A stretch of 64,000 bases of DNA from Chiloscyllium plagiosum. Its lineage: Eukaryota. Under the pieces are notes generated by a model. It had not been told where the DNA came from and made no database searches. It saw only the letters and a list, made by a program, of their open reading frames with translations. Where the stretch lies: contig NC_057720.1 of NCBI RefSeq assembly GCF_004010195.1, positions 75,203,782 through 75,267,781 of the forward strand, read 5' to 3'. Below are positions 12,147 through 25,214 of the stretch, piece by piece (position 1 is the first letter of the stretch; each line of letters begins with the position of its first letter). A program made the position numbers and the translations under genes.

Positions 12147-13899
12147 AATATTGGCTGCTCTCCCCTTTGATTACTCGAGGAATCCACTCTCCCCTCTATT
12201 GTGTGACCAAAGTGCCAATGGTCACCCACAAGTGTCTGGGTGACAGATTTCTCCATGGTTCGACACAGATTGCTTCATGGTTGTGTCATGATCTACCAGT
12301 TCCACCCAAACTACCTCGCACGAGACATTTGCGAGGTAGGTTGGGTGGAAGAGTAAAAACTGCCAACTGAACTGTTTTCAGAATGGTGATCAAAATGCAG
12401 GCATAACCGCCCCGATACAATGCTGACTGCAATTGACCCAGTGGAATTCACTAACCCAAAGTGTGGGACAGTGAGTAAATGTAAGGAGGAATTAGACAGA
12501 TTTTTAATTGGTAATGGATTGAAGGGATATGGAGGGAAGGCAGGAAAATGGCAGTAGGGAGCCAATCAGCCATGATCGAATGGCGGAGCAGACTCGATTG
12601 GCCAAGCGGCTTAATTCTGCTCCTACATTTTATGAACTCAGCTCCTGGTTAAAAGAAAAACTGTTGCTAGTTGATACCAGATCAGGTACAGAAAGATCCC
12701 ACAGCAGGGAGCAGGGAGATTCTCTGAGTTGTCCCAGCCGACTTTTGTCCCCCAACTAACATTCCCAAAAATATCTGGGTATCCCTACTTTGCTGATTGT
12801 GGAACCTTGCTGTGCGTATATTGGCTGCAACATTCCCTGCACTACACATCACTTGCACCTCAGAAGGAATTCATTGGTATTAATGTGCTTTGAGGTCCCC
12901 CCCCAAAAAAATTGCTAAGTAAACGCAAGTCTTTTATTTTAAATATAAACTCAGCACTGGAATTGGCAGGAGTGAGAAACGGGGAAAAATGAATACCCTG
13001 TACGCTGTTGCATCGGGGAGTGCTTTTCTGCTCTTGGGACTGAAGCATGTTGGCAGGACACTTGAGAGAGACATAATGCCTAAATGGAAAACACTGAATA
13101 CGGAGCCCTCCATTCTTAAGTATAGCTGAAGCAACACCACTTTGTATTGGCAAACTGAGCAAACGTTCACGCACATCAAAAAAGTGAAGGATGAAGAATT
13201 TCGGGAGTAAATTTGAGGACACAGTAAAACTTGCACATACAGAGGACCCCTACAACATATTCACTGAAGACCTTACCTTACGTAGGAAAAAAAGCGCTTT
13301 TAGAATGACAAGATTTAGCAGATCTCCTTCCCCTCCAGACAAAGCATTTTCAGGTCAAACCTCATTAATTAAAAAATGGGTGAAAAACTTACACAGCATA
13401 CTACAAGGAGAATTTCTGAAAAATGTTGCACAGCTTTCTTTCCTTATCACTCAGGCACAGAACCATTTGTATCATCAAGCCACCTCAATGACAACAACAT
13501 GCATAATCCCGTATACAGAAATCAGCTCCACAAACACTAACTTTGAATTACCACAATACATACCACACTTATTAAAAAGTTCATTTTTACCTGTCAGTTT
13601 GATTGGAATAACTTTGGGGATGTGTTCCTCCCGAGTCAGAGCAGATTAGTATCACTAAAGTTCAATTTATTTCAAAGAGAAAATTTATTTTTCTTCTTTC
13701 TCTCCTATTGAAGGATGCACATCATAGACATGGCAAACTAAGCTGCTACTGCTTATAATCAGCAAAGGAAGTCTCTTGGAAAAGACTAGAGGACTGAACG
13801 TTGTTCATTTTTGCAATTGAATTCACATCACAGCATGCTGTAAGAATACTCTAACACACTGACTCCCAATTACTAAAACCATGAAAATAGCTGTATATC

Positions 13900-15500
13900 A
13901 GGAAATGGAAGGGAGGGAGGAACTCGAGCAATTTACAACCACCCGGGAATTGGTACTGAGTAAATTGTTGGAGCTGCAGGCTGACAAATACCTGGATCCT
14001 GACGGACTTCATCCGAGGGTCCTAAGTTAAGCGATAGTTTTAATCATCCAAAATTTCCTACATGTGGGGGAAAATTCCAATAGATTGGAAAATAGCAAAT
14101 GGAGCTTGTTTGCTCAAAAAAGGAGGGAGACAGAAAGCATTAAGCTAAAGGCTGATTAGGCTTAACATCTGTCATAGATAAGATGTGAGGAACCGATATT
14201 AAAGAAACTCGGGCACTTAGATAGATTTAAGTAATCAGGCAGAGTCCACCTTGTTCTGTGAAAGGAAAATCATCTTGAATCAATTTATTGGAGTGTTTTT
14301 TCAAGACATAATATTTATAGTTAAAGGGGGACTGGTGAGTGTCCTATACTTAAGATTTCCAGCAAGGATTTGATAAGGTGCCACACCAAAAGTTATTGTG
14401 GAGAATAAATGGTGATGGAAGCGGCAGGGGGCGGTGATAACATATTAGCACAAATCGAAGATTACCGAGCTAACAGGGAAGAGAGATGATATAAATGTAT
14501 CACATTCTGATTGGTAAGACACAATGATTGATATGTCACAGGGGTCAATACAGAGGCCTCAACTTCTCACAATTTATGTAAATGATTTGGTTGGAGGGAC
14601 CGAAGGTTTGGTAGCTAAATTTTCTGCTGACACAAAGATAAACACAAACGTAAGTTGTAAAGATGACAAGGGATGTAGATGGATTAAGTGACTGGGCAAA
14701 GACTTATGAAATGAGGAATGGTGTGAGAAAATGTGAAATTGTTTACTTTGGCAAGAAGAATAAAAACAAAAGAAGGCCATATTATGAAAACTGTGTGAGA
14801 CTGCACAAGCCTGAGAGGCAGAGAGATCTGGGTGCCCTTGTGCATGAATTGTTAAAGGTCAGTGAGCAGACACAGCAAGTAATTTGGTAAGCCAGTGGAA
14901 AGGTCTTGTCATTGTGAGGGGAATGGAATACAAAATGTAGAGAGGTATGCTTCAGCAGTACAGGGCACTGGTGAGACCACATCGAGAGTACTGTGTGTAG
15001 AATTCGTCAGTTTATTCAAGGAAGGAAGTAAATAAATACATTGGAAGCAATGACTGATACCCAGATTAACACCTGGAATGCTTTCTGATGAAAGGTTGGT
15101 AAGGTTGTATCTGATGTTTAGAACAGCAAGGGCCAATGGTTGAAACATAAAATGTCCTAAGGGGTTTCGCCAGCATGGATGTGAATAGGATGGCTCCTCT
15201 TGTGGGGGAGTCCAGAACTAGGGTCACTGTTTAAAATAAACATTACCCATTTAAGACAAAGGTGAGGTAAATGTTTTTCTCCTGTTGGAGGGTGGTGAGT
15301 CATTGTGACTTTTCTGCAAAAAGGCCATGGAAGCATAATCTTTGATGGTTTAAGGTAGAGATACAGATTCTTGATAAGGGGGTAAAGGGTTATTGGGGGT
15401 ACAGAGGAACGTGGTGTAACCAGATCAGCCATGATTATACTGAACAGCACAGCAAGCACAAGGGGCTGAATGGTCTATTCCTGCTCCTAGTTCATTTATT
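13900..15500 (+). mobile_element. Old, highly decayed CR1 LINE (RT and 3' end)
   Basis: PGSDGLHPRVL, KSS.INLLE and KFSADTKI remnants; 3' UTR ggggctgaatggtctattcctgctcc. Confidence 0.85.
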
Positions 15501-17487
15501 TATATGCTGCCCCTCACTGGTAAATTACACAATTTAAATATGGGAACATTTTCTTTAGTAATGAAATACAAAGGTGTTCTTACCATGTTATTAAACAGGT
15601 TGGATAAAAAATGCCTACCTTTAACCTTTTAAAGTCTCAAGAAGTACAGTCATAGAGTGTTAAAGGCCAAAGGAGGTCATTCACTTCCTGCCCTTGGTCT
15701 CTCCTCAAGGCTCTGTAATTAGTTCTATCCTTTGTCCTCTCCCCTGGGCCTGCAAACCTTTCCTCTACCAGCCAGTTCCCTTCTCAAGGTCACTTTTCTT
15801 CCAGGCAGAGATCATAAATTTCAGACCATAAATGTGTGAGAAAGAAAATTCTCATCTCCCTTCAGATTCTTTTGCCAACTCTATCAAAACCCATTTATTG
15901 ATTTCAATGCTTCAATTAAAATCTCCTCTGCTCTCAGGAAAACTACCCAGCGTTTCCAAGCTCTCCATATGATGCAGAATAAAATTATAAACAACACACT
16001 CCTCAGGAGCAGGGGCTGAATTCCAAAATCCTGTGAAAGATTAAGTCACAACTACAAAAGTGTGATGGTGTGATTGATATCTACACTGTTGCATTCTTCA
16101 ATGAGACATTTGAATGAAAGTGACCCTTTGCTCTATTAGGCATCACCACAACGTCAGCTACTGTACCTTCCTATTGTAATATCTGTCTGTTAAAAAGAGC
16201 TCACGTTAAAGAAACAAAAAGACTTTGAGTTAATCTAATAGCCTGCTAAAGTCTCATCGCTGATGCAATGCAGAAAATGCTGTAGCCAATATGCATGCTG
16301 CATAATGTGGCGATGACCAGGTAGCCTGTTTTTGTTATGTTGATATTGACCAAGAGAATCAGGTAAGAGAGCGTAGATGGAGACTCAGTTGAAATTCTCA
16401 TCAGAAGGACAACAGCTCCGAAGTATAACACTCAATGCAGTACTTGGAGAGCCAGCCAAATACCGCAGTCGATCTTGGAACTTTGTGATTCACAGGTGAT
16501 TGTGCTGCAATGGGGCATGAGCTGAGCTCACCCGAGGCAGCACCGAGTTTGCTTTGGCTGAGCTCAGCTCTCGGAGATTCAAACAAACTGAGCAAAGGTT
16601 GCTGTGAACAATCGCTGTCACCAACTCCTGGGAAATCTGCACTGCAGCAAAGTACTAGATGTTCAAAAGAGGGCTGAAATATGTTGAACATACAAATAAA
16701 TGTCTGGTCTCCCAAAGGCATAGCAGACTTTTAAAAGAGGAAAATGGCTTTGGAGACACCCTCATAGAATCAATTATCTGAGAGAAACAGAAAAACTCCT
16801 GACAACTTAATGGAAAAGCATCTAGCTTTCTATCTTCTCAGCCACCTTTCATATTTAAGTAAAGTAGCAAAGTGCAAAGATGAATAAACGAACTCAGAGA
16901 AAAATGAAGGAGATTTGAGCTGACCCTCAGCAGACTACTAGAAAATAAACAATTTTAATAGTCATGACTGCAAGAGAAGGGTGCCACATATTTATTCAGC
17001 GTCAGCATAAACACAGAATATTTTTAACACACTAATAGAGGAAAGACAAATCCTTGCATTTAAACAGTGCCTTTCACAACTTCAGAATTTCCCAGAGGGC
17101 TTTACAGCCAATGCAATGATACTTCTCATGGTGTAGTGATTGGTTTAACAGTAAAACCGAGTGTATGTGTTTCCAATGCAGGAGATAGGGCACTGCCATT
17201 TAGGGAATAGAGCAAATTACGCACTGCCTAGTTAATGCAAGCTGTTACTATGTTGAAATAATGCACTTGACTGAGGAGGAAAAACTTACTGACTAAACTA
17301 AATTTAGTACATCAGGATCCTGAGTAAAATGGCATTTCTTTTTTAAAAAAGTGCAAACTTGCGTTACAATTCAGTTTGCTCACTTCCTGTTTAAAATGGC
17401 AGCAACTTCAGCCACTGGTTGTGTTAAAAAGTATTTGAGTCAAACATTTCATTGGCTCGGATACCATATTCCAGAAGAGAAATTGCC

Positions 17488-17805
17488 AGTGGTTAGCACA
17501 GCTGCCTGACAGCACCAGGGACCCCGATTCGATTCCAGCCTTGGGTGACCCTCAGGAGTTTGCTCATTCTCCCAGTGTCTGTGCAGGTTTCCTCCCACAA
17601 TCAAAAGATGTGCAGGTTAGGTGGATTAGCCATGCTGAATTGCCCATAGTGTCCAGGGATGTGCAGGCTAGGTAGATTAGCCATGGCAAATGCAGAGTTA
17701 TATAGACAGAGTAGAGGGGTGGGCCAAAGTGGGATGCTCTTCAGAGGGTCAGCAGAGACCTGTTGGGCTGAATGGCCTCTTTCTGCATTGTGGAAATTCT
17801 GTGAT
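17488..17805 (+). mobile_element. HE1-type SINE
   Basis: cagtggttagcac...gattcc..ggtttcctcccacaatcaaaagatgtgcagg. A partial minus-strand 3' end lies at about 18170-18285. Confidence 0.88.
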
Positions 17806-17938
17806 TAGTTACATGAACACATTCAGCTTCGTCCTCATTTTAAAAAGCATAATTGCTGTTTCCAGGTTGATATTCAGTGGTTGTCATGTATGTGAACCGT
17901 GATCCATTTCTTATTCCGATTCTGCGCATGTGGCCATG

Positions 17939-17957
17939 GTGCTCCACCTAGTGGCGA
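17939..17957 (-). promoter_or_regulatory. Putative CTCF site
   Basis: Minus strand TCGCCACTAGGTGGAGCAC is close to the CCASYAGRKGGCRS consensus. Motif match only. Confidence 0.4.
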
Positions 17958-18579
17958 TGTCAACACAATGGCAGCCATGTTCAAAAGGGTGGTCCCCACA
18001 ATCAGCAAATGTGATCATGACCAGCTAATCTGTTTTAGGGATGTTCATTGAGGGATAAACGCAAAGACAACCAGGGCTAGTTCACTTGTTCTTCCCGTGA
18101 AGCAGTGCGGTGCCATCTTGCTTGCCCACTTGAGAGTGCTGACCATGCCTTGCTTTAAGATTTTCATAAAATCATAGAATCCCTCCAGTGCAGAAAGAGG
18201 CCATTTGGCCCTTCGAGTCTGCACAGACACTCCAAAGACCATCCCGCCCAGACTAAACCCCCACTCCATTCCCATAACCCCACACAACAAGTATGTGTAC
18301 AGCACTTAAACATGGGCTTCCCATGAGCATTATCAAACAAAATTTGACCTAAAGAGGCATTTAGGACAGATTACCCAAATCTTGCTCAGTAGATTAAATT
18401 TCAAGAGACATTTTTTAAAATGGAGAGGGGGATTTAGGGAGGGAATCAATGAACATTCTAAGCTCAGGTTTAAGGAGGGTGGAAGATGGGACATTGGCAG
18501 AATGCAGCACCCAAGATCTGGACATGTCACAAGGTAAAGCTGAGAATCAACACGGTACATTTGGAACCAGACATTGTGG

Positions 18580-19690
18580 GCTAAATCTTAATGTTATTCT
18601 GGGTAAATGTTAGTGGCGTTGAGCTTTTTCACTGAGAAGCCCAATCAGATTTCTCACCGTATCCATGCCAACCTAGGCCAAAGTTGTCACCCAGGTTAAA
18701 GTAGTCTCAGACATCTGAGATCCATTGTTGTAGAAGGTCAATGCCCTTCACAACTCTGCCAGCTTCAGTGCCAACGTCCTCACTGATTCCTCTCACACAC
18801 ACAGACCTACTGTCTCTCTGCGGCTGTATCTATCTCCAGGCAAGGTGTATTCTCACTATTGCCTGCAACATCTTCCCTCACTAGTTCTCACTCACCTCAC
18901 CTCACTCACCCTGAATGCCACCTGCACTGCCCACTCACTTACTCGGGGCACCTCCCATATGCATTAGCAATAACGATTGTGCCATCCATCTTCATTTCCT
19001 AGATTACCTGTCTCTCTCTCTCTCACTGCAGGAGCAAAACTGGCCAAAATAAGAAAGAACAAGTCAAGAAGGGGAGCAGTGGGGGGAGGGGAGCTGCCTG
19101 ACATTTGGCTGCTCAGCACCTATGTGGACACAATGTGGACAGCATCTGTCGGGCAAACTGATTGGGTCGAAGCGAGTGGACTGGTATCTCTGGCTGATGG
19201 GGTAAGGTGTAAAATGAGATTCGGCACTGCAAAGCAAGCTTGCTGTGAGCGTTCAGGTGGGCTCAGGATGACTGAGGGCTGTGGCAACGAGCAAAGAGCC
19301 CAGAAATACAGCCTGACGCAGTCCAAGAGCTGGGAGCATATCCCTGAACACACAGTTTCCTTGCTGCAGCATTACAATGATGGGGGCCAATGTAGCTTCG
19401 AGTGAAACATTGAGGTGCAGAAACAGTCCTGTAATGGATCAGAGATGTGCCATGAGTGTTTTCAGAAGATGGCACACATTGAATGCTCATGTCCATGGGC
19501 ATGGGGTGTATGAGCCTGGTGCCTTGGAGTATACCATGAGATCAACACGGAGTTCCTCTGGAGCAGGCAATGAGTGGAAATTGCCAGATACTCACTCCGA
19601 CCTCCATATGGAGGCCTGTTAACATTCAGCTTGTTTGGGGGCAAATTTGATGAGATGGAAAGCTGAACATTAATGAGGCAAATTGGGCCA
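18580..19690 (+). mobile_element. Harbinger/PIF-like DNA transposon relic (Myb/SANT-like accessory gene exon)
   Basis: Acceptor tctctcactgcag|G at 19032, peptide KLAKIRKNKSRRGAVGGGELPDIWLLSTY (resembles ..RERRKTGGG.PD..L), donor g|gtaagg at 19201. Confidence 0.45.
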
Positions 19691-20200
19691 TTAATAAGAT
19701 GCTGAGCAAGCAATATCTCCCATGAAGTGGCACCTCACCATTGCTGAGTCAGGATCTCATTGCGCTGTTTGTCAAATCGTAAAAGATGCAGCAAAACGCT
19801 CCTAATGTCAACATAGGCCTCAGTGGACTCTTGTCCAGTTCTGCCATCAACCTCACTATCAGCCCGCATCTCCCTATAATATTTCGTCGGTGTTTTCGGA
19901 TGATGCCACAGAGAGACATCACATCCATCAGAAATGGGAGGGCACCGAGGATAGATCCAAATGGGACACCAGAGGACGTAGTGCCCAGGGTGTGAAGGGA
20001 AAATGGCGTCAACTGGTTAGACGAGAATGGAACCCGACAGCTTCACTCCGTTCATTGTTTGGTTCTCCCTCACACCTTTGAATTATCTTCGCCATGAGAA
20101 GATTTCTCTCTCCAGCATTTTTACCCTCAGCACACTTTAACAGGACCAGGCAGCACCTTCGGGTTACAAGGAGGGGGTCGGCAGATACTAAAAAGAGACT
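19690..20200 (-). mobile_element. Old L2-type LINE RT fragment
   Basis: SSGVPFGSILGALPFLMDVMSLCGIIRKH resembles the L2 motif [27 protein letters not shown]. Confidence 0.75.
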
Positions 20201-20469
20201 GAGGCTCAAGGTTTGGAGCAGAACCTCCGTGGGTTGAATTCTTCAGAACCAGAAGCAGATTTCTGTGTTAAGCCAAAGCTAGATAAATAGATGAGGCAAA
20301 AAGAATAGAAGGAAAGTATTTACACTGTAGAGATTTAGATTTTCCCACTTGCGGTGCCTTCTAATGGCTTACTCCGCTGTCAGCTACTTATATTCCTACC
20401 AATAATAGATTTGAAACTATTATTTTCTGATAGCTCCAATATCCTACCTTTTGGGTTTGTATCTGTGGA

Positions 20470-21860
20470 TGGAGATGTTTAAAAAGGGTGGTAAGGACAA
20501 GCCAGGGAATTGTAGACCAGTGAGCCTGACGTCGGTGATGGGCAAGTCGTTGGAGGGAATCCCGACGATTAGTATGTACATGTGTTTAGAAAGGCAAGGA
20601 CTGATTAGGGATACTCAACATAGCTTTGTGTGTGGGAAATCATGTCTCACAAACTTAATTGAGTATTATGAAGAAGTAACGAAGAGGATTGATGAGGGTA
20701 GAGTGGTAGATGTGATCTATATGGACTTCACTAAGGTGTTCGACAAGGTTCCCCATGGGAGACTGGTTAGCAAGGTTAGATCTCATGGAATACAGGGAGA
20801 ATTAGCCATTTGGATACAGAACTGGCTCAAAGGTAGAAGACAGAGGGTGGTGGTGGAGGGTTGTTTTTCAGACTGGAGGCCTGTGACCAGTGGAGTGCCA
20901 CAAGGATTGGTGCTGGATCCACTACTTTTTGTCATTTATATAAATGATTTGGATGTGAGCATAAGAGGTATAATTAGTAAGTTTGCAGATGACACTAAAA
21001 TTGGAGGTATAGTGGACAGTGAAGAAGGTTACCTCAAATTACAATGGGATCTTGATCAGATGGGCCAATGGGCTGAGAAGTGGCAGATGGAATTTAATTC
21101 AGATAAATGTGAGGTGCTGCCTTTTGGGAAAGCAAATCTTAGCAGGACTTATATACTTAATGGTAAGGTCCTAGGGAGTGTTGCTGAACAAAGAGACCTT
21201 GGAGTGCAGGTTCATAGCTCCTTGAAAGTGGAGTCACAGGTAGAAATGATAGTGAAGGCAGCATTTGTATTGGTCAGAGTATTGAGTACAGGAGTTGAGA
21301 GATCATGTTGCAGTTGTACAGGACATTGGTTAGGCCACTGTTGGAATATTGTGTGCAATTCTGGTCGGTGTTGTGAAACTTGAAAGGGTTCAGAAAAGAT
21401 TCACAAGGATGTTGACAGGGTTTGCGGATTTGAGCTATAGGGAGAAGTTGAATAGGCTGGGGCTGTTTTCCCTGGAGCGTCAGAGGCTGAGGGGTGACTT
21501 TATAAAATCATGAGGAGCATGGATAGGGTAAATAGACAAAGTCTCTTCCCGGGGTGGGGGAGTCCAGAACTGGAGGGCATAGGTTTATGGTGAGAGGGGA
21601 AAGAGATAAAGGAGACTAAGGGGCATCATTTTCATGCCGAGGGTGGAATGTGTATAGAATGAGCTGCCAGAGCAAGTGGTGGAGGCCGGTACAATTGCAA
21701 CATTTAAGAGGCATTTAGATGAGTATATGAATAGGAAGGGTTTGGAGGGATATGGGCCGGGTGCTGGCAGGTGGAACTAGATTGGGTTGGGATATCTGGT
21801 CGGCATGGACGGGTTGGACCGAAGAGTCTGTTTCCATGCTGTACATCTCTATGACTCTAT
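20470..21860 (+). mobile_element. CR1 (HER1-like) LINE, 5'-truncated; RT frame open for about 270 codons, then frameshifted
   Basis: ORF 20451-21383 with RPVSLTSV, GKSCLTNL, YMDFTKVFDKVPH, GVPQG, FADDTK; ctctatgactctatg tail. Confidence 0.96.
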
Positions 21861-21926
21861 GTCGTTCTCTCCTGATTTTTAAAATTTTTTGATGATTATA
21901 ATACTCATGAGATTGATATTTTAAAG

Positions 21927-22240
21927 TGGTGGCACGGTGGCTCAGTGGTTAGCACTGCTGCCTCACAGCACTCAGGTTTGATTCCCACCTCAAGTGACCA
22001 TCTGGGTGGAGTTTGCACATTCTCCCCGTGTCTGCGTGGGTTTCCTCCAGGTGCTCCGGTTTCCTCCCACACTTCCCACAAAGATGTGCAGGTCAGATGA
22101 ATTGGTCATGCTAAATTGCCCATAGTGATGGTTGCATTAGTCAAGGGTAAATATAGGGTGGGGAATGGGTCTGGGGGGATTACTCTTTGGAGGGTCGCTG
22201 TGGACTTGTTGGGTCGATGGGTCTGCTTCAATAATGTAGG
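21927..22240 (+). mobile_element. HE1-type SINE
   Basis: ggtggcacggtggctcagtggttagcactgctgcctcacagc head and the conserved body. Confidence 0.92.
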
Positions 22241-22957
22241 TCCAGGTGTCCATGGATTTTAAATGACCAACAGTGGACAGGAAATCTTGCAGTAAGCACC
22301 ATTCTGATAAACGTAGACCCATATGTCCCTCCCTGTCTGTAAAACACAACTGACCGACTTCAGGATGTCTATAGCAATCGCTCACACCTTGTGGAAAGAG
22401 CTACATTGGGCATCAATATTGAAACAAAATGTCATCAGATTGTAAACAAAATGGACCAACGCTTAAGTTTTGGATTCTAAGATTAAATATGAAATGTAAT
22501 TGTTCGGTGCCTATGACCCTTCGGTGATGCTGATTCTTCAAAAATCAAAATTCTGACGCTTTTACACAGCACAGAGCATTTGCAATTTGATTTGCCTATT
22601 GCTTCCAGTATATTTTGTCATTAAACCTTGGGGACAAAGCAGCAATTACTGCTAACTTCATCTTGCTAACAGTGCTCGTGGCTGGCAGTGGTCTGATAAA
22701 AAGATTAATTCATTCATTATTGAGATTTAAAAATATCCAAAAGCACAGTGATCACAGAGATCAGGGCCTGCATTAAAGAGACAGGACCAGTTGACAGGCT
22801 GACCCTGTAGCCTGATCTAAAATCTCACTGTGAGCTGACTCTGGGTGGCAACTTGCCTGTGGCAGCCCTACACGCTTGTCTAAGGCCTAGTATGAGACAT
22901 TGAGTGATATTGTGCCTACTGAGTGCCAGATCCAGATGCTATTTCCTGAGTCCCCAT

Positions 22958-23158
22958 TGTGGACTGATACACTATAGCTCAGCCCCCTGACAGTAGTGCA
23001 GTGATGTGGCATTCTGGATACATTCCTCATGGACACACTGACCAAGATTTTATTGACAGGGCACCATTTATGACCTTGTAACTGGGACTATGCACCACAT
23101 CTGCCTTCTCTCTTTTTGCTTCCCCGGCCGCTTCTACACAATTATAATCAACATTCTG
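22958..23158. repeat. Diverged ~200-bp duplicated segment, copy A (copy B at 24369-24553)
   Basis: Shared blocks actgatac, cccctgacagt.gtgcagtgatg.ggcattctgga, acagggcac.att.atgacct, acatctgc.ttctc and acac.attata, in the same order. Confidence 0.85.
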
Positions 23159-24368
23159 ACCCTCTTTAGCAGCCGACCCTCCATTTGCCCAGAGGGGACG
23201 GCTCCAAGAAGCTGGTTAGTATAAACTCATGCAATTTGATGTGATTGATGAGCTACCCTTGGATATTAACCTTCTCAATTGTGTGAGTATACAGAAAAGA
23301 TCTCCTTTTGCTGAAGTGCTGTTACTTTTCACAGAAGCACTGACCCCTCAGCCTGACAGCCCCCTTAGCTAAGCCATCTGCTGAAAAGCCATTATTGATG
23401 GTGACGGTTATTAGGGTGGGCTTCACTCTCTTGGTAACCAATAGGTGCAATGTAACTCCGGCGTGGTGTCGCTTTAAGAAGGGTGACGTTGCTAACTTGC
23501 CTGGTCCAGGTTATTGGCCTAGCCTGGGGCAGAGTGAAGTGTGGACATGAGGAGCAGCGGGTGGGAACTTAGCGGCACTAACTCCATAGGATTATCTGGG
23601 AATCTCCAGGAATTGCAACTTAATCTCCAGGATGCTGCTCCTAGCAACCCAAGGAGAGAAATTAAAAATGTCTTATTGGATAAAGAGGCCAGTTGACCGA
23701 TGGCCTGAATCTTTATGATGGAGAAAATCTCTTTTCATCTCCTGTGGGTCGGTGAAAAAACAGACTATCATCTGTCTTTGCAGACACAGGCTACTAACCT
23801 GTAGATGCTGCACATGGTACAGAAACTGCTCTTCACAATAGAAGTGGTGTTCTTATTTGTTTTAATTTGCTTAGTGTAACAACACTGGAGATGGTGGTGT
23901 TGGGAATTAAAAAACAACTAATCAAATCAATGATGTAACAAGGTACCTGTTTGTTTTCCAATTGGCATGGGAATACAGTGCGCCCCCAGAATGGGCAAAT
24001 GGCAGCTTGTCTCCAACAGTCTCAGCCTATCACGTGACAAACATTCCCAGAATAGCCTCAACCACAGTTAACAATCTTACCCCAGCTGCAGCCCCCATAC
24101 AGCTACGCCTGATTCCTGGCCTTGCACTGGGTTCCAGCAACAGCTAACAGGTACAAAGAGCCCAACACTGACCAAACGGATGTTAAGGAGAGAAAGGGGA
24201 TCCCATCCATTTGATCTTTGGGCATCCTCTCTGCACTCTGCAGGGACTGCAGGGCAAGTCCTGGTGCCAAGCTGATTTGGCATTTATTAATGGCTCCCAA
24301 GGGCTTAAAATAATCATGTTTTTGGATTCAAATGCTGGAGCTCATGAAATATATTTCTCAACTCATAC

Positions 24369-24553
24369 GGTGAACTGATACGCTGTTGCTCGGTCCCCTG
24401 ACAGTCGTGCAGTGATGCGGCATTCTGGACACGTTTATACACATCCGCACTAACATATCAACAGGGCACTATTCATGACCTGTGGTACACAGTTTCAGTT
24501 ACATCTGCTTTCTCCTCCCCCAACCCCATCCACACGATTATAGTTAATATTCC
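24369..24553. repeat. Diverged ~185-bp duplicated segment, copy B
   Basis: Direct-orientation homolog of 22958-23158, about 1.4 kb downstream. Confidence 0.85.
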
Positions 24554-25214
24554 AAGTGCCAGGGCTGTGGATGTGAAACACAAGATTTAGTGACTGGAGA
24601 AACTTTTCAATCGTGAAACCCCCAAGGTAAGAACCCCTTGGTCAAACAAGGAGGCCCTGCATCACAACCACAACTTTCCTTCTCCATTGTCATGAACAGG
24701 AAATCTGACAGCACAAAGGTACTTTCCAAAATTAAATTTCACTTCTTTCAGAAATATTTACACTACATTCCTTACATGTGCACATCATTGTTAGTGAGAC
24801 TAGCCTAGTGTGTTAAGTGTACTGGCATGCATGGTTACAGGGGACTGAGAGACATTTCCTTTATTTTGGAAGAAACAATGTTATGTTTTCGCAATCACTC
24901 TTTACTGAATGCTCATAGTGCCCAGTGTTGTTATGTCCCTCTGTAGGGTAGGAATGAACACATGGGTCCCTTCCTTCTGAAGGATGTTGTAAAGGCCATT
25001 GACAGAGAGCAGTATCACTGGGGCTAATCAAATTGTTGGGAACTCAGACCTCTGTAAGGACTCTGCTAGCCACAGATTGGTACACCATCCTCAGAGGTCC
25101 TAATTTTCTTATCTTGCTGTACTGTCTCCACACCCCCAGATGACCATACCCAGAACACCAGGCCTAACACATGTGAGACCTCCAAAGCAGCGACCTCACC
25201 ATCTGTCTTTTCTC

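Noticed and set aside
13590-13735. Possible extra exon ending ACAG|gtaaaa
   Set aside because: The donor is weak, and the phase-compatible frame has an upstream stop with no ATG or good acceptor.
20451-21383. 310-aa ORF as a host or domesticated RT gene
   Set aside because: It is a 5'-truncated CR1 copy with a non-ATG start, a frameshifted end and near-identity to other disrupted copies.
23000-23043. C/D-box snoRNA (tgatgt...ctga)
   Set aside because: The C box is imperfect, the D box is not kept in the second copy, and it is antisense to the host gene.
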